Assembly: GCA_037443365.1 (NCBI GenBank)
Contig: JBBIOM010000004.1
Span: forward strand, 32,001 to 96,000
Length of the DNA stretch: 64,000 nucleotides
From: Armatimonadota bacterium
GTDB lineage: Bacteria > Sysuimicrobiota > Sysuimicrobiia > Sysuimicrobiales > Humicultoraceae
Reading direction: 5' to 3'
Shown here one piece after another: positions 50,923 to 60,950 of the stretch. How positions within the stretch are numbered: the first letter of the stretch is position 1; every line of letters starts with the position of its first letter. The notes beneath the pieces were generated by a model. That model was not told where the DNA came from, searched no databases, and saw only the letters and a list, made by a program, of their open reading frames with translations. The position numbers and the translations under genes are program-made.

Positions 50923-51780
50923 CTACTTATCGGACTCCACCAGGCCCTTCACGAACCAGCGTTGCATGATGACGACCACCGCGACCGGCGGCAGCATCGC
51001 CATCACCGCCGTGGCCATGATGAGGTTCCAGTCGTTCTGCGCGTCCCCCACGCCTATCATCTTGGTAATGCCGATAACAATGGTGTTCATCTCCTTGCTG
51101 GTCGTGATCAGCAGCGGCCAGAGGTACTGGTTCCAACCGTAGATGAACAGGATGACGAAGAGCGCGGCGATGGTAGTGGTGGACAACGGCATCAGGATGC
51201 TCCAGAAGAACCGCATAGGGCCCGCGCCATCCATCTTCGCCGCGTCCACCAGCTCGTCGGGAACGGTCAAGAAGAACTGCCGGAAGATGAGCGTGGCGGT
51301 TGCTGAAGCGACAAGGGGCACGATCAACCCCTGGTACGTGTTGAGCATGCCGAGGTTGGAAATCACGGCGTAGGTGGGGATGATGCGCACTTCGACCGGC
51401 AGCATCAGCGTGATGAAGATCATCCAGAAGAAGAACATGCGGAGCGGAAAGGCGAAGAACGCAACGGCGAACGCCGAGATGATCGAGATGGTGATCTTAC
51501 CGGTCGCGATCACAAGCCCCATGATCAGGCTGTTCAGCAGCATGCGCCGGACCGGCGCCGCGCCCTTGACCCGTGTCCCCTCGCCCGAAGTCCACGCCTG
51601 GCTGTAGTTCTCGATCGCATGCGGTCCGGGCCGGAGCGGCATCTCGCCGCGCGCGATGGTCCCCACGTCGTACGTCGAGCCCATGAGCGCGACGAAGACG
51701 GGAAACACGAAGATCGCAACCCCCAGGAGCAGGATCAGGTGCGCCTGCCAGCCCCTGCCGAAGCGCGACGCCCGAACCAT
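50923..51780 (-). CDS. ugpE: sn-glycerol-3-phosphate ABC permease
   Basis: TLMLPVEVRIIPT, ASATAT, DAAKMDGAG and FIYGWNQYLWPL motifs. Confidence 0.9.
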   Translation of the reverse strand: MVRASRFGRGWQAHLILLLGVAIFVFPVFVALMGSTYDVGTIARGEMPLRPGPHAIENYSQAWTSGEGTRVKGAAPVRRMLLNSLIMGLVIATGKITISIISAFAVAFFAFPLRMFFFWMIFITLMLPVEVRIIPTYAVISNLGMLNTYQGLIVPLVASATATLIFRQFFLTVPDELVDAAKMDGAGPMRFFWSILMPLSTTTIAALFVILFIYGWNQYLWPLLITTSKEMNTIVIGITKMIGVGDAQNDWNLIMATAVMAMLPPVAVVVIMQRWFVKGLVESDK

Positions 51781-52661
51781 CAGTAGTGCACCCTCCGTTC
51801 GATGTATCGGAACTGCATGGCGGTCAGGGTGATTACAACCAGCAAGAGGATCACCGACTGCGCCGAGGAGCCACCGAGATCGAGGTTGACGACGCCGTCC
51901 ACGTAGACCTTGTAGATCAAGGTCTCGGTGGCCTTGGCGGGACCGCCACGCGTGAGCGAGTGGATCACGCCGAATGTGTCAAAGAAGGCGAATATCACGT
52001 TGACGACGATCAGGAAGAACGTCGTCGGGGAGAGCAGCGGGAAGATGACCTTCCAGAACCGCTGCCGGGGCGTAGCCCCGTCCACCGAGGCGGCCTCGAG
52101 CACTGACCGTGGAATTGATTGCAGTCCCGCCAGGAAGAAGATGAAGTTGTAGCTGACCTGCTTCCATGCGGCCGCCAGGATGACCAGCAACAGCGCATGG
52201 GTGCCGTTGAGCGTGTAGTCCCAGTGGATGCCAACCTGGTTGAGCGTCCGCCCCAGGATGCCGATCGTCGGGTGGAAGATGAACAACCACAGCGACGCGG
52301 CCACGGCGGGGGCCACCGCGTAAGGCCAAATCAGGAGGGTCTTGTAGACGCCGGCGCCGCGGATGGGTTTGTCGGCGGTCACTGCCAGTAGCAACCCCGA
52401 GCCCATCGCCAGCAGGATCACCGCCCCCGAGAACAAGATAGTGTTCCCCACGGCCTGCAGGTAGGCGTCGTCGCTGAGAACGTACGCGAAGTTCTCGAAC
52501 CACACAAACGCCGTGCGCGTGCCAAACGGGTTCTGCCGCAGCAGCGACTGGGCGACGGCCTGACCGGCTGGCCAGAAGAAGAACACGATGGTAATCGCCA
52601 GCTGGGGCGCCAGGAGGACGTAGGGCAGGACCTTGTTGTTGAAGATCGAGCGCTTGGTCAT
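51780..52661 (-). CDS. ugpA: sn-glycerol-3-phosphate ABC permease
   Basis: [29 protein letters not shown] and PLLSPTTFF motifs. Confidence 0.9.
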   Translation of the reverse strand: MTKRSIFNNKVLPYVLLAPQLAITIVFFFWPAGQAVAQSLLRQNPFGTRTAFVWFENFAYVLSDDAYLQAVGNTILFSGAVILLAMGSGLLLAVTADKPIRGAGVYKTLLIWPYAVAPAVAASLWLFIFHPTIGILGRTLNQVGIHWDYTLNGTHALLLVILAAAWKQVSYNFIFFLAGLQSIPRSVLEAASVDGATPRQRFWKVIFPLLSPTTFFLIVVNVIFAFFDTFGVIHSLTRGGPAKATETLIYKVYVDGVVNLDLGGSSAQSVILLLVVITLTAMQFRYIERRVHY

Positions 52662-52675
52662 CGCATGCTTACAGG

Positions 52676-52720
52676 CTCAGACCCGGCCTCACCGCGCGAC
52701 ACGGGGAGTCCGGGTCTGAG
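52676..52720. terminator. Intercistronic hairpin between ugpB and ugpA (mRNA-stabilising or attenuating)
   Basis: CTCAGACCCGG (52676-52686) pairs with CCGGGTCTGAG (52710-52720). Confidence 0.55.
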
Positions 52721-52745
52721 TCCATGGTCTGGTTGCGCGCCTCAC

Positions 52746-54125
52746 CTACGGGGCGTTGGCCCGCTCAAAACGTCGCAGGACCTCGTTGCTGCGGCGGGTC
52801 GCGGCGTCCATCGCCTGCTTCGCCGTCTGCGTCCCCTGAAACGCCTTCTCCCACTCCTCGTAGAAGATCACCCGGATCTCAGGCATGTTCCCCAACCGCA
52901 GCCCCATGGTGTTCCGAGTAGGCCGCGACCTGGTCAGCTGCTTGAACGGGATGTCCGCGCCGGGGTTCGCCTGCCAGTACCCCAGTGCCTGGACGAGCGT
53001 CATGCCCGGGAAGGTGATCGGCACGAACCCGGTCTCCATGTGCCACTTGGCAACGATCTCGGGCTGGCTGATGAACTTGAAGAACTCTGCCACGGCCTTG
53101 TACTCGTCGGCGGTCCGCCGCGGGCTGGTCATGGCCCAGAACGACGCGCCGCCGATGATCGAGTTCTTGGGCGCACCCTTCACGTCGTCGTAATAGGGGA
53201 GGTAGGTCACACCCCACGAGAACTTCGCCTCGCGGATCACCCGTGCGCGCAGCCCGGACGAGCCATGGATGATGGCGCACTCGCCCGAGGGGAACAGCGC
53301 GTCGCCTGCGGAGTCGCGGCCGCCGTACTTAAACGTTCCCTCGCGGTGCATGTCCATCAGGGTCTGAAGGTGCCGGACGTGGAGCGGGCTATTAGTCTGC
53401 ATCGCGGTGTCCATGCCCTCGAACCCGTTCATCTTCGTCGCCAGCGGCACATCGTGGATGGCGCTGAAGTTCTCGAGGTTCGTCCACGTTGGCCACGCCA
53501 TGGTGAACCCGCAGGGAGCGGCGTTGGTCTGCCTGATGCGCGTCGCGGCGGCCCGCAGCTCGGCCCAGGTCTGCGGCGGCTTCTCCGGATCCAGGCCCGC
53601 CCGCCGGAAGGCGTCCTTGTTGTAGAACGTGATCGGGGTCGAGCTGTTGAACGGCATCGAGATCATCTTGCCGTCCGATGAGCTGTAGTAGCCCCGCACC
53701 GCCGGCAGGTAGATGCTCGGGTCGAAGGAAACACCGGCCTCCTTGAACAGCTGGTGGACCGGCTTGATGGCGCCCTGGGCAGCCATCATCGTGGCCGTCC
53801 CTACCTCGAACATCTGAACGATGTGGGGCGCGTTCCCCGCGCGGAACGCGGCGATAGCCGCCTGCATCGTCTCGGGGTACGCCCCCTTGAAGGCCGGGTT
53901 CACGCGGTACTTCGTCTGCGAGTTGTTGAAGTCAAAGGCGATGCCCTCGAGGATGTCCCCCAGCGGCCGTGTGAGGCCGTACCAGAAGTCCACTGTGACG
54001 CGCCCTCCGGGCACTTGCGCGACCAACGTCGGGGAGAAACCCGCCCCGGCCGGGAGCGATCCGGCAAACGTCCCGCCGCTGACCAGCGCGAGGACGAGGA
54101 TGATTCCCATCAGCACTCTATTCAT
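52746..54125 (-). CDS. ugpB: sn-glycerol-3-phosphate-binding protein
   Basis: AAFRAGNAPHIVQMFEVGTATMM, SMPFNSSTP and IIGGAS motifs; signal peptide; AGGAGG RBS. Confidence 0.9.
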   Translation of the reverse strand: MNRVLMGIILVLALVSGGTFAGSLPAGAGFSPTLVAQVPGGRVTVDFWYGLTRPLGDILEGIAFDFNNSQTKYRVNPAFKGAYPETMQAAIAAFRAGNAPHIVQMFEVGTATMMAAQGAIKPVHQLFKEAGVSFDPSIYLPAVRGYYSSSDGKMISMPFNSSTPITFYNKDAFRRAGLDPEKPPQTWAELRAAATRIRQTNAAPCGFTMAWPTWTNLENFSAIHDVPLATKMNGFEGMDTAMQTNSPLHVRHLQTLMDMHREGTFKYGGRDSAGDALFPSGECAIIHGSSGLRARVIREAKFSWGVTYLPYYDDVKGAPKNSIIGGASFWAMTSPRRTADEYKAVAEFFKFISQPEIVAKWHMETGFVPITFPGMTLVQALGYWQANPGADIPFKQLTRSRPTRNTMGLRLGNMPEIRVIFYEEWEKAFQGTQTAKQAMDAATRRSNEVLRRFERANAP

Positions 54126-54192
54126 TACCCGTCGCCTCCTGTGATAGTTGTAGGTGCCTTGTTCGCCCGGCGACCGCATCTTACCTTCAGGC

Positions 54193-55215
54193 TCAGGTGC
54201 GCAGCTCGGGCGTCTTGTGCCGCTTCAGGATCTCGATCGTCTCGGAAATTGGCAGCGCCGGCATCACATGCCCGTGGCGGCCCGTCGTGGTCTCGGCTGC
54301 GAACAGCGCGTCCAGGATCGCCTCCTCGGATGCCTCCACCGCCGCGCGGAAGAGCAGGTTCAAGGCGTCGCGCCCCTGGGGCTCCTGGCGCGGGCTGGTC
54401 GAAAACGCCACTGCCAGGTCGCCGCTGGTATGTCCGCTGATGGCGCCGGTGCGGGCCATGCCCATGAAGCACCGCCAGGCGATCCGGCGCAAATCCAGCG
54501 CCGAGAGCGGGGCGTCGGTGGCGACGACAAAGACACACGAGCCGCGCTCGGACGGCTGGGCCACGGCGGTCAGCTCGCGTCCCACGGCCACCCCGTTCAC
54601 TATCAGGTCGCCGGGGAACCCGAAGTTGGGCACCGCAAGGACGCCGAGGATGAAGCCGGGCCCGGCCAGCACGCGCGAGGCGCTCCCAACCCCAGACTTG
54701 AAGCCCTGGCATCGCATTCCAACGCCGGCGCCCACGCAGCCCACCTCGACCGCTCCGTCCCTGGCCGCGGCAATCGCTGCCAGCACGTGGCCCTCTCCCA
54801 CGGCGCGCGCAGGGGCGTCGCTCAGGTAGCCGTCGAAGCACTCGAGCACAACCGGGTTGACCGTCTCCTTGGTACCTATCTGTGGGTCTTGCCCAATCAT
54901 GTAGGTGATCAGCGCGTCGGCCACGCGTGGCACGTTCAGGGTGCTCGTGAGCAGAATCGGCGTCTCGATCGTGCCCAGCTCATCAACCTGCATGAGGCCG
55001 ACCGACTTGCCGTAGCCGTTGAGCACGGCTGCGGATGCGGTCACCTTCGTGCCGTAGAGGTCCCCCGCGCGCGGCACCACGGCCGTGACACCCGTCCGAA
55101 GGTTGCCGGTTCGCAGCGAGGCGTGTCCCACGCGCACCCCGGGGACGTCGGTAATGCCCGAGTTCGGCCCAGGGGGCAGGACGCCAATGTTGATGAACTG
55201 CCTGACGCGCGGCAT
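54193..55215 (-). CDS. dmpA: DmpA-like aminopeptidase (peptidase S58/P1)
   Basis: GPNSGITDVPGVRVGH, TGVTAV, NGYGKSVG, PVVLECFDG and GSCVFVVATDAP motifs. Confidence 0.85.
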   Translation of the reverse strand: MPRVRQFINIGVLPPGPNSGITDVPGVRVGHASLRTGNLRTGVTAVVPRAGDLYGTKVTASAAVLNGYGKSVGLMQVDELGTIETPILLTSTLNVPRVADALITYMIGQDPQIGTKETVNPVVLECFDGYLSDAPARAVGEGHVLAAIAAARDGAVEVGCVGAGVGMRCQGFKSGVGSASRVLAGPGFILGVLAVPNFGFPGDLIVNGVAVGRELTAVAQPSERGSCVFVVATDAPLSALDLRRIAWRCFMGMARTGAISGHTSGDLAVAFSTSPRQEPQGRDALNLLFRAAVEASEEAILDALFAAETTTGRHGHVMPALPISETIEILKRHKTPELRT

Positions 55216-55234
55216 CAGGACGCCGCGGCTCCTG

Positions 55235-56227
55235 TCACGCCCTCCACCCCTGCAGCGCGCGCACGTAGTTCCCTCTCTCGAATGCCCCGGGGTCTGGGCA
55301 GCGGGCCAGGCTCATGCTTCCGCGCATCTGGCGAATCGACTCGTACTCGTGCGCCTCCATCCAGGACTCGGCCTCTGTGCGCACGGTGCGGAGGTGCTGC
55401 GGACCGCGCGCCAAGAGGGCCGAGACCATCTGCACCGCGTCCGCCCCGGCCATTATGGCCTTGATGGCGTCGGTGGCGGTGTGGACCCCTCCGCTGGCGG
55501 CCAGCGACGCCCGGGTGTTTCCGAACAGAACCGCAAGCCACCGCAGGCGCAGCAGCAGCTCGGAGCTCGTGGACAGCTCCAGGCGCGGAACCGCCTCCAA
55601 CTGCTCCACGTCGATGTCAGGCTGATAGAAGCGATTGAAGAGAACCAGCCCATCGGCGCCGGCCGCCGTCAGATCGTCTGCCAGGTTTGCCACGGATGAG
55701 TAGAACGGAGACAACTTCACCGCCAACGGCACAGTGGCAACCTGCTTCACCGAGCGCACTATGTTCAGGACGTGTTGCTCGACGGCGCCCCCGGTCTCCC
55801 GCGGATCGGTGGCGACGAAGTAGACATTGAGCTCGATGGCATCCGCGCCCGCCTGCTGGATGTGGCGCGCGTATTCGATCCATCCCCCAAGGGTGGACGC
55901 GTTCAGCGAGGCGATGACAGGAACGCCAACCGCGGCCTTGACGCGGGCCACCTGCTCCAGGTACTGCTCGGGGCCGAGCGCGTACTCGCCGGGACGTGGG
56001 AAGTAGGAGAGCGCCTCGGCGAAGGATTCGGCGTGCGCCTCGATGTGGTGGGTCGCCGTGAACCGCTCCTGGTCTATCTGCTCCTCGAACAGGGAGTGCA
56101 TGACGATCGCGGCCGCGCCCGCATCCTCGAGGCGCCTTACCGCGTCCAGATCGTGCGCCAAGGGTGAGGCGCCGGGCATGAACGGATGCGGGAGATCTAG
56201 CCCCAGGTAGGTTGTGGAGAGATCCAC
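55235..56227 (-). CDS. Dihydroorotate dehydrogenase-like flavoprotein (nifJ-associated)
   Basis: DLSTTYLGL, SLFEEQI, PVIASLN, VKLSP, LFNRFYQPD and SGGVH motifs. Confidence 0.85.
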   Translation of the reverse strand: MDLSTTYLGLDLPHPFMPGASPLAHDLDAVRRLEDAGAAAIVMHSLFEEQIDQERFTATHHIEAHAESFAEALSYFPRPGEYALGPEQYLEQVARVKAAVGVPVIASLNASTLGGWIEYARHIQQAGADAIELNVYFVATDPRETGGAVEQHVLNIVRSVKQVATVPLAVKLSPFYSSVANLADDLTAAGADGLVLFNRFYQPDIDVEQLEAVPRLELSTSSELLLRLRWLAVLFGNTRASLAASGGVHTATDAIKAIMAGADAVQMVSALLARGPQHLRTVRTEAESWMEAHEYESIRQMRGSMSLARCPDPGAFERGNYVRALQGWRA

Positions 56228-56261
56228 TACGCCACCCCCATTCGCGCTCTCGCCAGACCTC

Positions 56262-59200
56262 CTACTCCTCGCCGGCCGCGGTGACGATCGCCTCCTCGGC
56301 AAGCGCCGGCCTGGCCATGAGCTCGTAGAGCCTGTAGCGCGCCTTCACATCGCCGCGGGCCGCCTCGAGCAGCTCGCGCGCCCTGACAGGATCGATGCCC
56401 TCAACCATGCGGAACCGCGTCTCGTTGTAGAGGAACTTCGCCAGGTCGCCCTTGGGAGGGCCCGAATCCAGCTGGAGCGGGCTCTTGCCCTCGCCCAGGC
56501 GCCGCGGGTCATACCTGATCAGCGGCCAGTAGCCGGTCTCCACGGCGAGCTTCTGCTGCTCCAATCCCATGGCCAGGTCGTATCCATGGGCAATGCACGG
56601 GCTATAGGCGATGATCAGGGAGGTTCCGGGATATGACTCCGCCTCGAGGAAGGCGGTGACCGTCTGGGTGTCCTTGGCGCCGAAGGCCACCCGCGCCACG
56701 TAGACGCTGCCGTAGGTCATCGCCATCATGGCCAGGTCCTTCTTCGCGATGGGCTTGCCGGCCGAGGCGAACTTGGCGACGGCGCCTCGCGGTGTAGCCT
56801 TGGACTGCTGGCCGCCGGTGTTGGAGTAGACCTCGGTGTCCAGCACCAGGATGTTCACGTCGCGGCCCATGGACAGGACGTGATCGAGTCCTCCGTAACC
56901 GATATCGTAGGCCCACCCGTCCCCGCCCATCACCCAGACGCTCTTGCGCACGAGGTAGTCGGCGACGGCCTCCAGTCGGCGCGCGTCCGGCGTGCGCAGG
57001 CCCGACAGCTTCTCGCGCAGCAGGCTCACCCGCTCGCGCTGGGCGGCGATCCCGGCCTCGCTCGACTGGTCGGCCCCAAGGATCGCGTCGGCAAGGACCG
57101 AGCCGATCTGCGGCGCGAGCGCCAGCACCAGGGCTTCGGCCTGTCCGGCGAGCGAGTCTATTGCCAGGCGAAACCCGAATCCGAACTCGGCGTTGTCCTC
57201 GAACAGCGAGTTGGACCAGGTGGGGCCGCGCCCGCTGGGGTTCGTGGTGTAGGGCGTCGTCGGAAGGTTGCCGCCGTAGATGGATGAGCACCCGGTCGCG
57301 TTGGCGATCAGCAGGCGATCGCCGAATAGCTGGGAGAGCAACTTGACGTAGGGGGTCTCACCGCAACCCGCGCAGGCGCCCGAGTACTCGAACAGAGGGG
57401 CCAGGAACTGCGACCCCTTGACGTCCAGCTTGAGCTGGCCCCGATCAGGATCCGGCAGCGACAGGAAGAACTTCCAGTTCTCGCGCTCGGGCTCCCTGAG
57501 CGGGATCTGGGGAGCCATGTTGATCGCCTTGCGCTTGGGGTTGGTCTTGTCCTTGACAGGGCATGCCATGACGCACACGCTGCACCCGGTGCAGTCCTCG
57601 GGCGCAACCTGCAGGGTGTACTTGGATCCCTTGACCTCCTGGCTGCGGAAGCCGGTGGACTTGAAGGTAGGCGGCGCGTCCTTCAGGAGATCAGGATCGT
57701 AGTACTTCGCGCGTATGGTCGCGTGCGGGCACACGATGACGCACTTGTTGCACTGGATGCAGATGTCGGCCTCCCACACGGGGATCTCCAGGGCGATGTT
57801 CCGCTTCTCCCACTGGGTAGTCCCGATCGGCCAGGTGCCGTCCACGGGAAAGGCGCTGACAGGCAGCAGGTCGCCGTTGTTGGCGGTGAGCGTCCCGATC
57901 ACGTTCCGCACGAACTCAGGGGCCTCGGGAGAGATCACCGGGGGCAGCGACTTCGTGGCGGTCACCCTCTCGGGCACCTTCACCTGGTGGAGGTTGGCAA
58001 GCGTCTCATCCACCGCCTGCCAGTTCCGGCGGACCACATCGTCGCCCTTCCTTCCGTAGGTCTTGACGATGGACTCCTTGATCTTCTCGATCGCCTCGTC
58101 GCGCGGCAGCACTCCCGAGATGGCGAAGAAGCAGGTCTGCATGATCGCGTTTATGCGCCCGCCCATGCCGGTACTGCGTGCAACCTCAACGGCATCGATG
58201 GTGTAGAATGCAAGCTTCTTCTGGATGATCTGTTCCTGCACCTCGCGCGCCAGGTGATCCCAAACCTCCTCGGGCCCGTACGGCGCGTTGAGAAGGAAGG
58301 TCGCGCCGGGAACGGCATACCTCAGAACATCGTACTTCTCCATCAGGACGAACTGATGACACGCCACGAAGTTCGCGTTCTTAACCAGGTACGCGGACTG
58401 AATCGGCCTGGGACCGAACCGCAGGTGCGAGATGGTGACCGCGCCCGACTTCTTTGAATCGTACACGAAGTATCCCTGGGCGAAGTTGGGCGTCTCCTCG
58501 CCGATTATCTTGATCGAGTTCTTGTTTGCGCCCACCGTGCCATCGGCGCCCAGGCCGAAGAAGATCCCCCTTGAGACGTCGTCCGGCTCGATGTCCAGGT
58601 CGCGGTCAAAGGGCAACGACAGGCCGGTCACGTCGTCCGTGATTCCGACGGTGAAGCGTGGCTTCGGCGCTGCCGCCGCCAACTCGGCGAACACCGCGAC
58701 GACCATCGCAGGGGTGAACTCCTTGCTGGCCAGGCCGTACCTACCGCCGATCACCAAGGGGGATGCGGCGAATCGGGCGAGGCCCTGCACACAGGCTTCG
58801 CGAAGGGCCGCCACGACGTCCATGTAGAGCGGTTCCCCGGGAGCCCCGGGCTCCTTGGTCCGGTCGAGCACCGCGATGGCCCGCACCGACGCAGGCAGGG
58901 CTTCCACGAACGCCCTGACCGAGAACGGCCGGTACAGGCGGACCTTCAGCACGCCGACCTTCTCCCCGCGCGCGAGCAGCCAGTTCACGGTCTCGTGGGC
59001 CGTTTCGGCCCCGGATCCCATGAGCACGATCACCCGCTCGGCCTCGGGATGGCCGACGTAGTCGAAAAGGTGGTAGCGCCGGCCCACAAGGTCCCCGAAC
59101 TGATCCATGGTCGCCTGCACCACCTCAGGACATGCCTCGTAGAAGCGGTTGCAGGCCTCCCGTCCCTGGAAGAAGGCGTCGGGGTTTTGGGCCGTTCCCC

Positions 59201-59858
59201 GCAGCACGGGGCGGTCCGGCGTCATGGCCCGGCGTCGGTGGGCCTCGACCAGGTCGGCAGGCAGCAGCGCGCGCAGGTCGTCGTCACCCAGCTGCTCGAT
59301 CTTGGCCACCTCATGCGAGGTGCGGAAGCCGTCGAAGAAGTGCAGGAAGGGCACGCGGGCGCGCAGCGTCGCCGCCTGGGAGATGAGCGCGAAATCGTGG
59401 GCTTCCTGCACCGAGTTCGACGCCAGCAGCGCGAAGCCGGTCTGACGGCAGGCCATCACGTCCGAGTGGTCGCCGAAGATCGAGAGCGCGTGCGTCGCCA
59501 GCGTCCTCGCGGAGACGTGAATCGCAAGGGGAGTCAGCTCGCCGGCGATCTTGTACATGTTCGGGATCATGAGCAGCAGACCCTGGGAGGCGGTGAACGT
59601 GGTCGTCAGGGCTCCCGCCTGCAGGGAGCCGTGCACAGCACCGGCAGCCCCTCCCTCGGACTGCATCTCGACGACCTGGGGTACCGTGCCCCAGATGTTC
59701 GGATTGCCCAGGGCCGCCCACTCGTCCGCAAACTCGCCCATCGGTGAAGACGGCGTGATCGGGTAGATGGCTATGACCTCGTTGACACGATACGCGGCCG
59801 AGGCGGTCGCCTCGTTCCCGTCAACGGTTACTGTCTGGCGCTGTGTGCTAGCGGCCAT
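56262..59858 (-). CDS. nifJ: Pyruvate:ferredoxin (flavodoxin) oxidoreductase, single chain
   Basis: YPITPSS, EMQSEGGAAG, two CxxCxxxC/CxxCxxC ferredoxin motifs, GACAGCGE and GGDGWAYDIG motifs. Confidence 0.97.
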   Translation of the reverse strand: MAASTQRQTVTVDGNEATASAAYRVNEVIAIYPITPSSPMGEFADEWAALGNPNIWGTVPQVVEMQSEGGAAGAVHGSLQAGALTTTFTASQGLLLMIPNMYKIAGELTPLAIHVSARTLATHALSIFGDHSDVMACRQTGFALLASNSVQEAHDFALISQAATLRARVPFLHFFDGFRTSHEVAKIEQLGDDDLRALLPADLVEAHRRRAMTPDRPVLRGTAQNPDAFFQGREACNRFYEACPEVVQATMDQFGDLVGRRYHLFDYVGHPEAERVIVLMGSGAETAHETVNWLLARGEKVGVLKVRLYRPFSVRAFVEALPASVRAIAVLDRTKEPGAPGEPLYMDVVAALREACVQGLARFAASPLVIGGRYGLASKEFTPAMVVAVFAELAAAAPKPRFTVGITDDVTGLSLPFDRDLDIEPDDVSRGIFFGLGADGTVGANKNSIKIIGEETPNFAQGYFVYDSKKSGAVTISHLRFGPRPIQSAYLVKNANFVACHQFVLMEKYDVLRYAVPGATFLLNAPYGPEEVWDHLAREVQEQIIQKKLAFYTIDAVEVARSTGMGGRINAIMQTCFFAISGVLPRDEAIEKIKESIVKTYGRKGDDVVRRNWQAVDETLANLHQVKVPERVTATKSLPPVISPEAPEFVRNVIGTLTANNGDLLPVSAFPVDGTWPIGTTQWEKRNIALEIPVWEADICIQCNKCVIVCPHATIRAKYYDPDLLKDAPPTFKSTGFRSQEVKGSKYTLQVAPEDCTGCSVCVMACPVKDKTNPKRKAINMAPQIPLREPERENWKFFLSLPDPDRGQLKLDVKGSQFLAPLFEYSGACAGCGETPYVKLLSQLFGDRLLIANATGCSSIYGGNLPTTPYTTNPSGRGPTWSNSLFEDNAEFGFGFRLAIDSLAGQAEALVLALAPQIGSVLADAILGADQSSEAGIAAQRERVSLLREKLSGLRTPDARRLEAVADYLVRKSVWVMGGDGWAYDIGYGGLDHVLSMGRDVNILVLDTEVYSNTGGQQSKATPRGAVAKFASAGKPIAKKDLAMMAMTYGSVYVARVAFGAKDTQTVTAFLEAESYPGTSLIIAYSPCIAHGYDLAMGLEQQKLAVETGYWPLIRYDPRRLGEGKSPLQLDSGPPKGDLAKFLYNETRFRMVEGIDPVRARELLEAARGDVKARYRLYELMARPALAEEAIVTAAGEE

Positions 59859-60043
59859 GCAAGACCCTCCTCGCCTTCCAGGCGACCCCTTCACCCGGCT
59901 CGTTGCGGGCGGCTGACGGACGGCTCTGGGGCGACTACCCGGTGGGACCGTCCCGACATCCAGGCTAGTAGGAGAAGACCGGTATCGGTATCCGCCCGGC
60001 ACCCGATATGATACGCAACCGAAAGCAGCGTCGTGACAGCCCC

Positions 60044-60119
60044 TGGAGCGCCCGGAGGGATTCGAACCCCCGACTTGCTGGTCCGAAGCCAGCCGCTCTG
60101 TCCCCTGAGCTACGGGCGC
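60044..60119 (-). tRNA. tRNA-Arg (anticodon UCG)
   Basis: 76-nt cloverleaf; GCTGG-CT-TCG-GA-CCAGC anticodon arm; A after GG in the D loop; encoded CCA. Confidence 0.92.
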
Positions 60120-60181
60120 GTCCCGCAGCGAGTATAGCACAGGACCGGGCCCATGCAGATAGTGAGAAGAACCGATAGATG

Positions 60182-60727
60182 CTACCGCTCCAGGGCCGCC
60201 TCCACTGCTCGGAACCACTCCTCGGGCGCGGTCACGACACCGGGGAACTTGCGCACAACGCGGCCCGCGGCGTCTATGAAGAAGGTCTCGGGGACGCCCG
60301 TGAGGCCGTATGCCCTGTAGACCGTGTTGTCCTTGTCACGGACGACAGGATAGGTCGTCCCGGTCTCCTCGAGGAAGCGCAGGGCCGAGGGCGCGAGATC
60401 CTGCACATTGACGCCCACGACCACCACTCCCCGCTCCCTGTAGCGGCGCCACGTGGACTCCAGGGCAGGCGCCTCATCGCGGCACGGCGCGCACCAGGAC
60501 GACCAGAAGTTCAGCACGACAACACGCCCGCGCAGGGCCCCCAGATCAAGCGCCCCTGAAGTGTCCAGGCGCGGTAGCGCGAACGTGGGCGCCGCAGGCC
60601 TCTCCCCCCTGGTCAGGGCAACGGTCAACGAAGCCGGCCGGTTGCTTCGCAGGGTTGCGAACGCGAGCAGCGCAAGGAAGACCGCGAGGCTGCCCAGCAC
60701 GACCGCCTGGCGCCGTCGAGCGCCCAT
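60182..60727 (-). CDS. TlpA/ResA-family membrane-anchored thiol-disulfide oxidoreductase
   Basis: N-terminal TM; NFWSSWCAPCRDE and GVPETFFID motifs. Confidence 0.9.
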   Translation of the reverse strand: MGARRRQAVVLGSLAVFLALLAFATLRSNRPASLTVALTRGERPAAPTFALPRLDTSGALDLGALRGRVVVLNFWSSWCAPCRDEAPALESTWRRYRERGVVVVGVNVQDLAPSALRFLEETGTTYPVVRDKDNTVYRAYGLTGVPETFFIDAAGRVVRKFPGVVTAPEEWFRAVEAALER

Positions 60728-60743
60728 CGGCTCAGGTCCGAGC

Positions 60744-60950
60744 CTACTCCACGGGATACCCGGCGGCCCGCAGCGCCTCGCGGATGCGCGCCTCGTCCAG
60801 CGCCGTCGGATTGAACTCCACCAGGACCTTCTTGGTCAGGGCGCTCGCCTCGACACTCGCGATGCCGGGCAGCCCTGACAGAGCGCTGGTCACGGCCCGC
60901 ACACACCCGTCACAATGGATCTTGGGCACATTGAAGGACTTCGTGTTCAT
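60744..60950 (-). CDS. copZ: Copper chaperone (HMA domain)
   Basis: IHCDGC motif, C-terminal AGY; ATGA overlap with copA. Confidence 0.85.
   Translation of the reverse strand: MNTKSFNVPKIHCDGCVRAVTSALSGLPGIASVEASALTKKVLVEFNPTALDEARIREALRAAGYPVE

Noticed and set aside
50923-50950. AGGGCCTGGTGGAGTCCGA at the end of ugpE (minus) as the missing 5' half of the FMN aptamer
   Set aside because: It encodes the ordinary UgpE C-terminus (KGLVESDK), lacks a proper P2 stem and the ACCGGCGGU/P3 segment, and lies upstream of the predicted promoter
59860-60043. Riboswitch or operator upstream of nifJ (imperfect GTATC...GATAC symmetry at 59982-60014)
   Set aside because: Symmetry is weak and I recognised no aptamer or operator consensus
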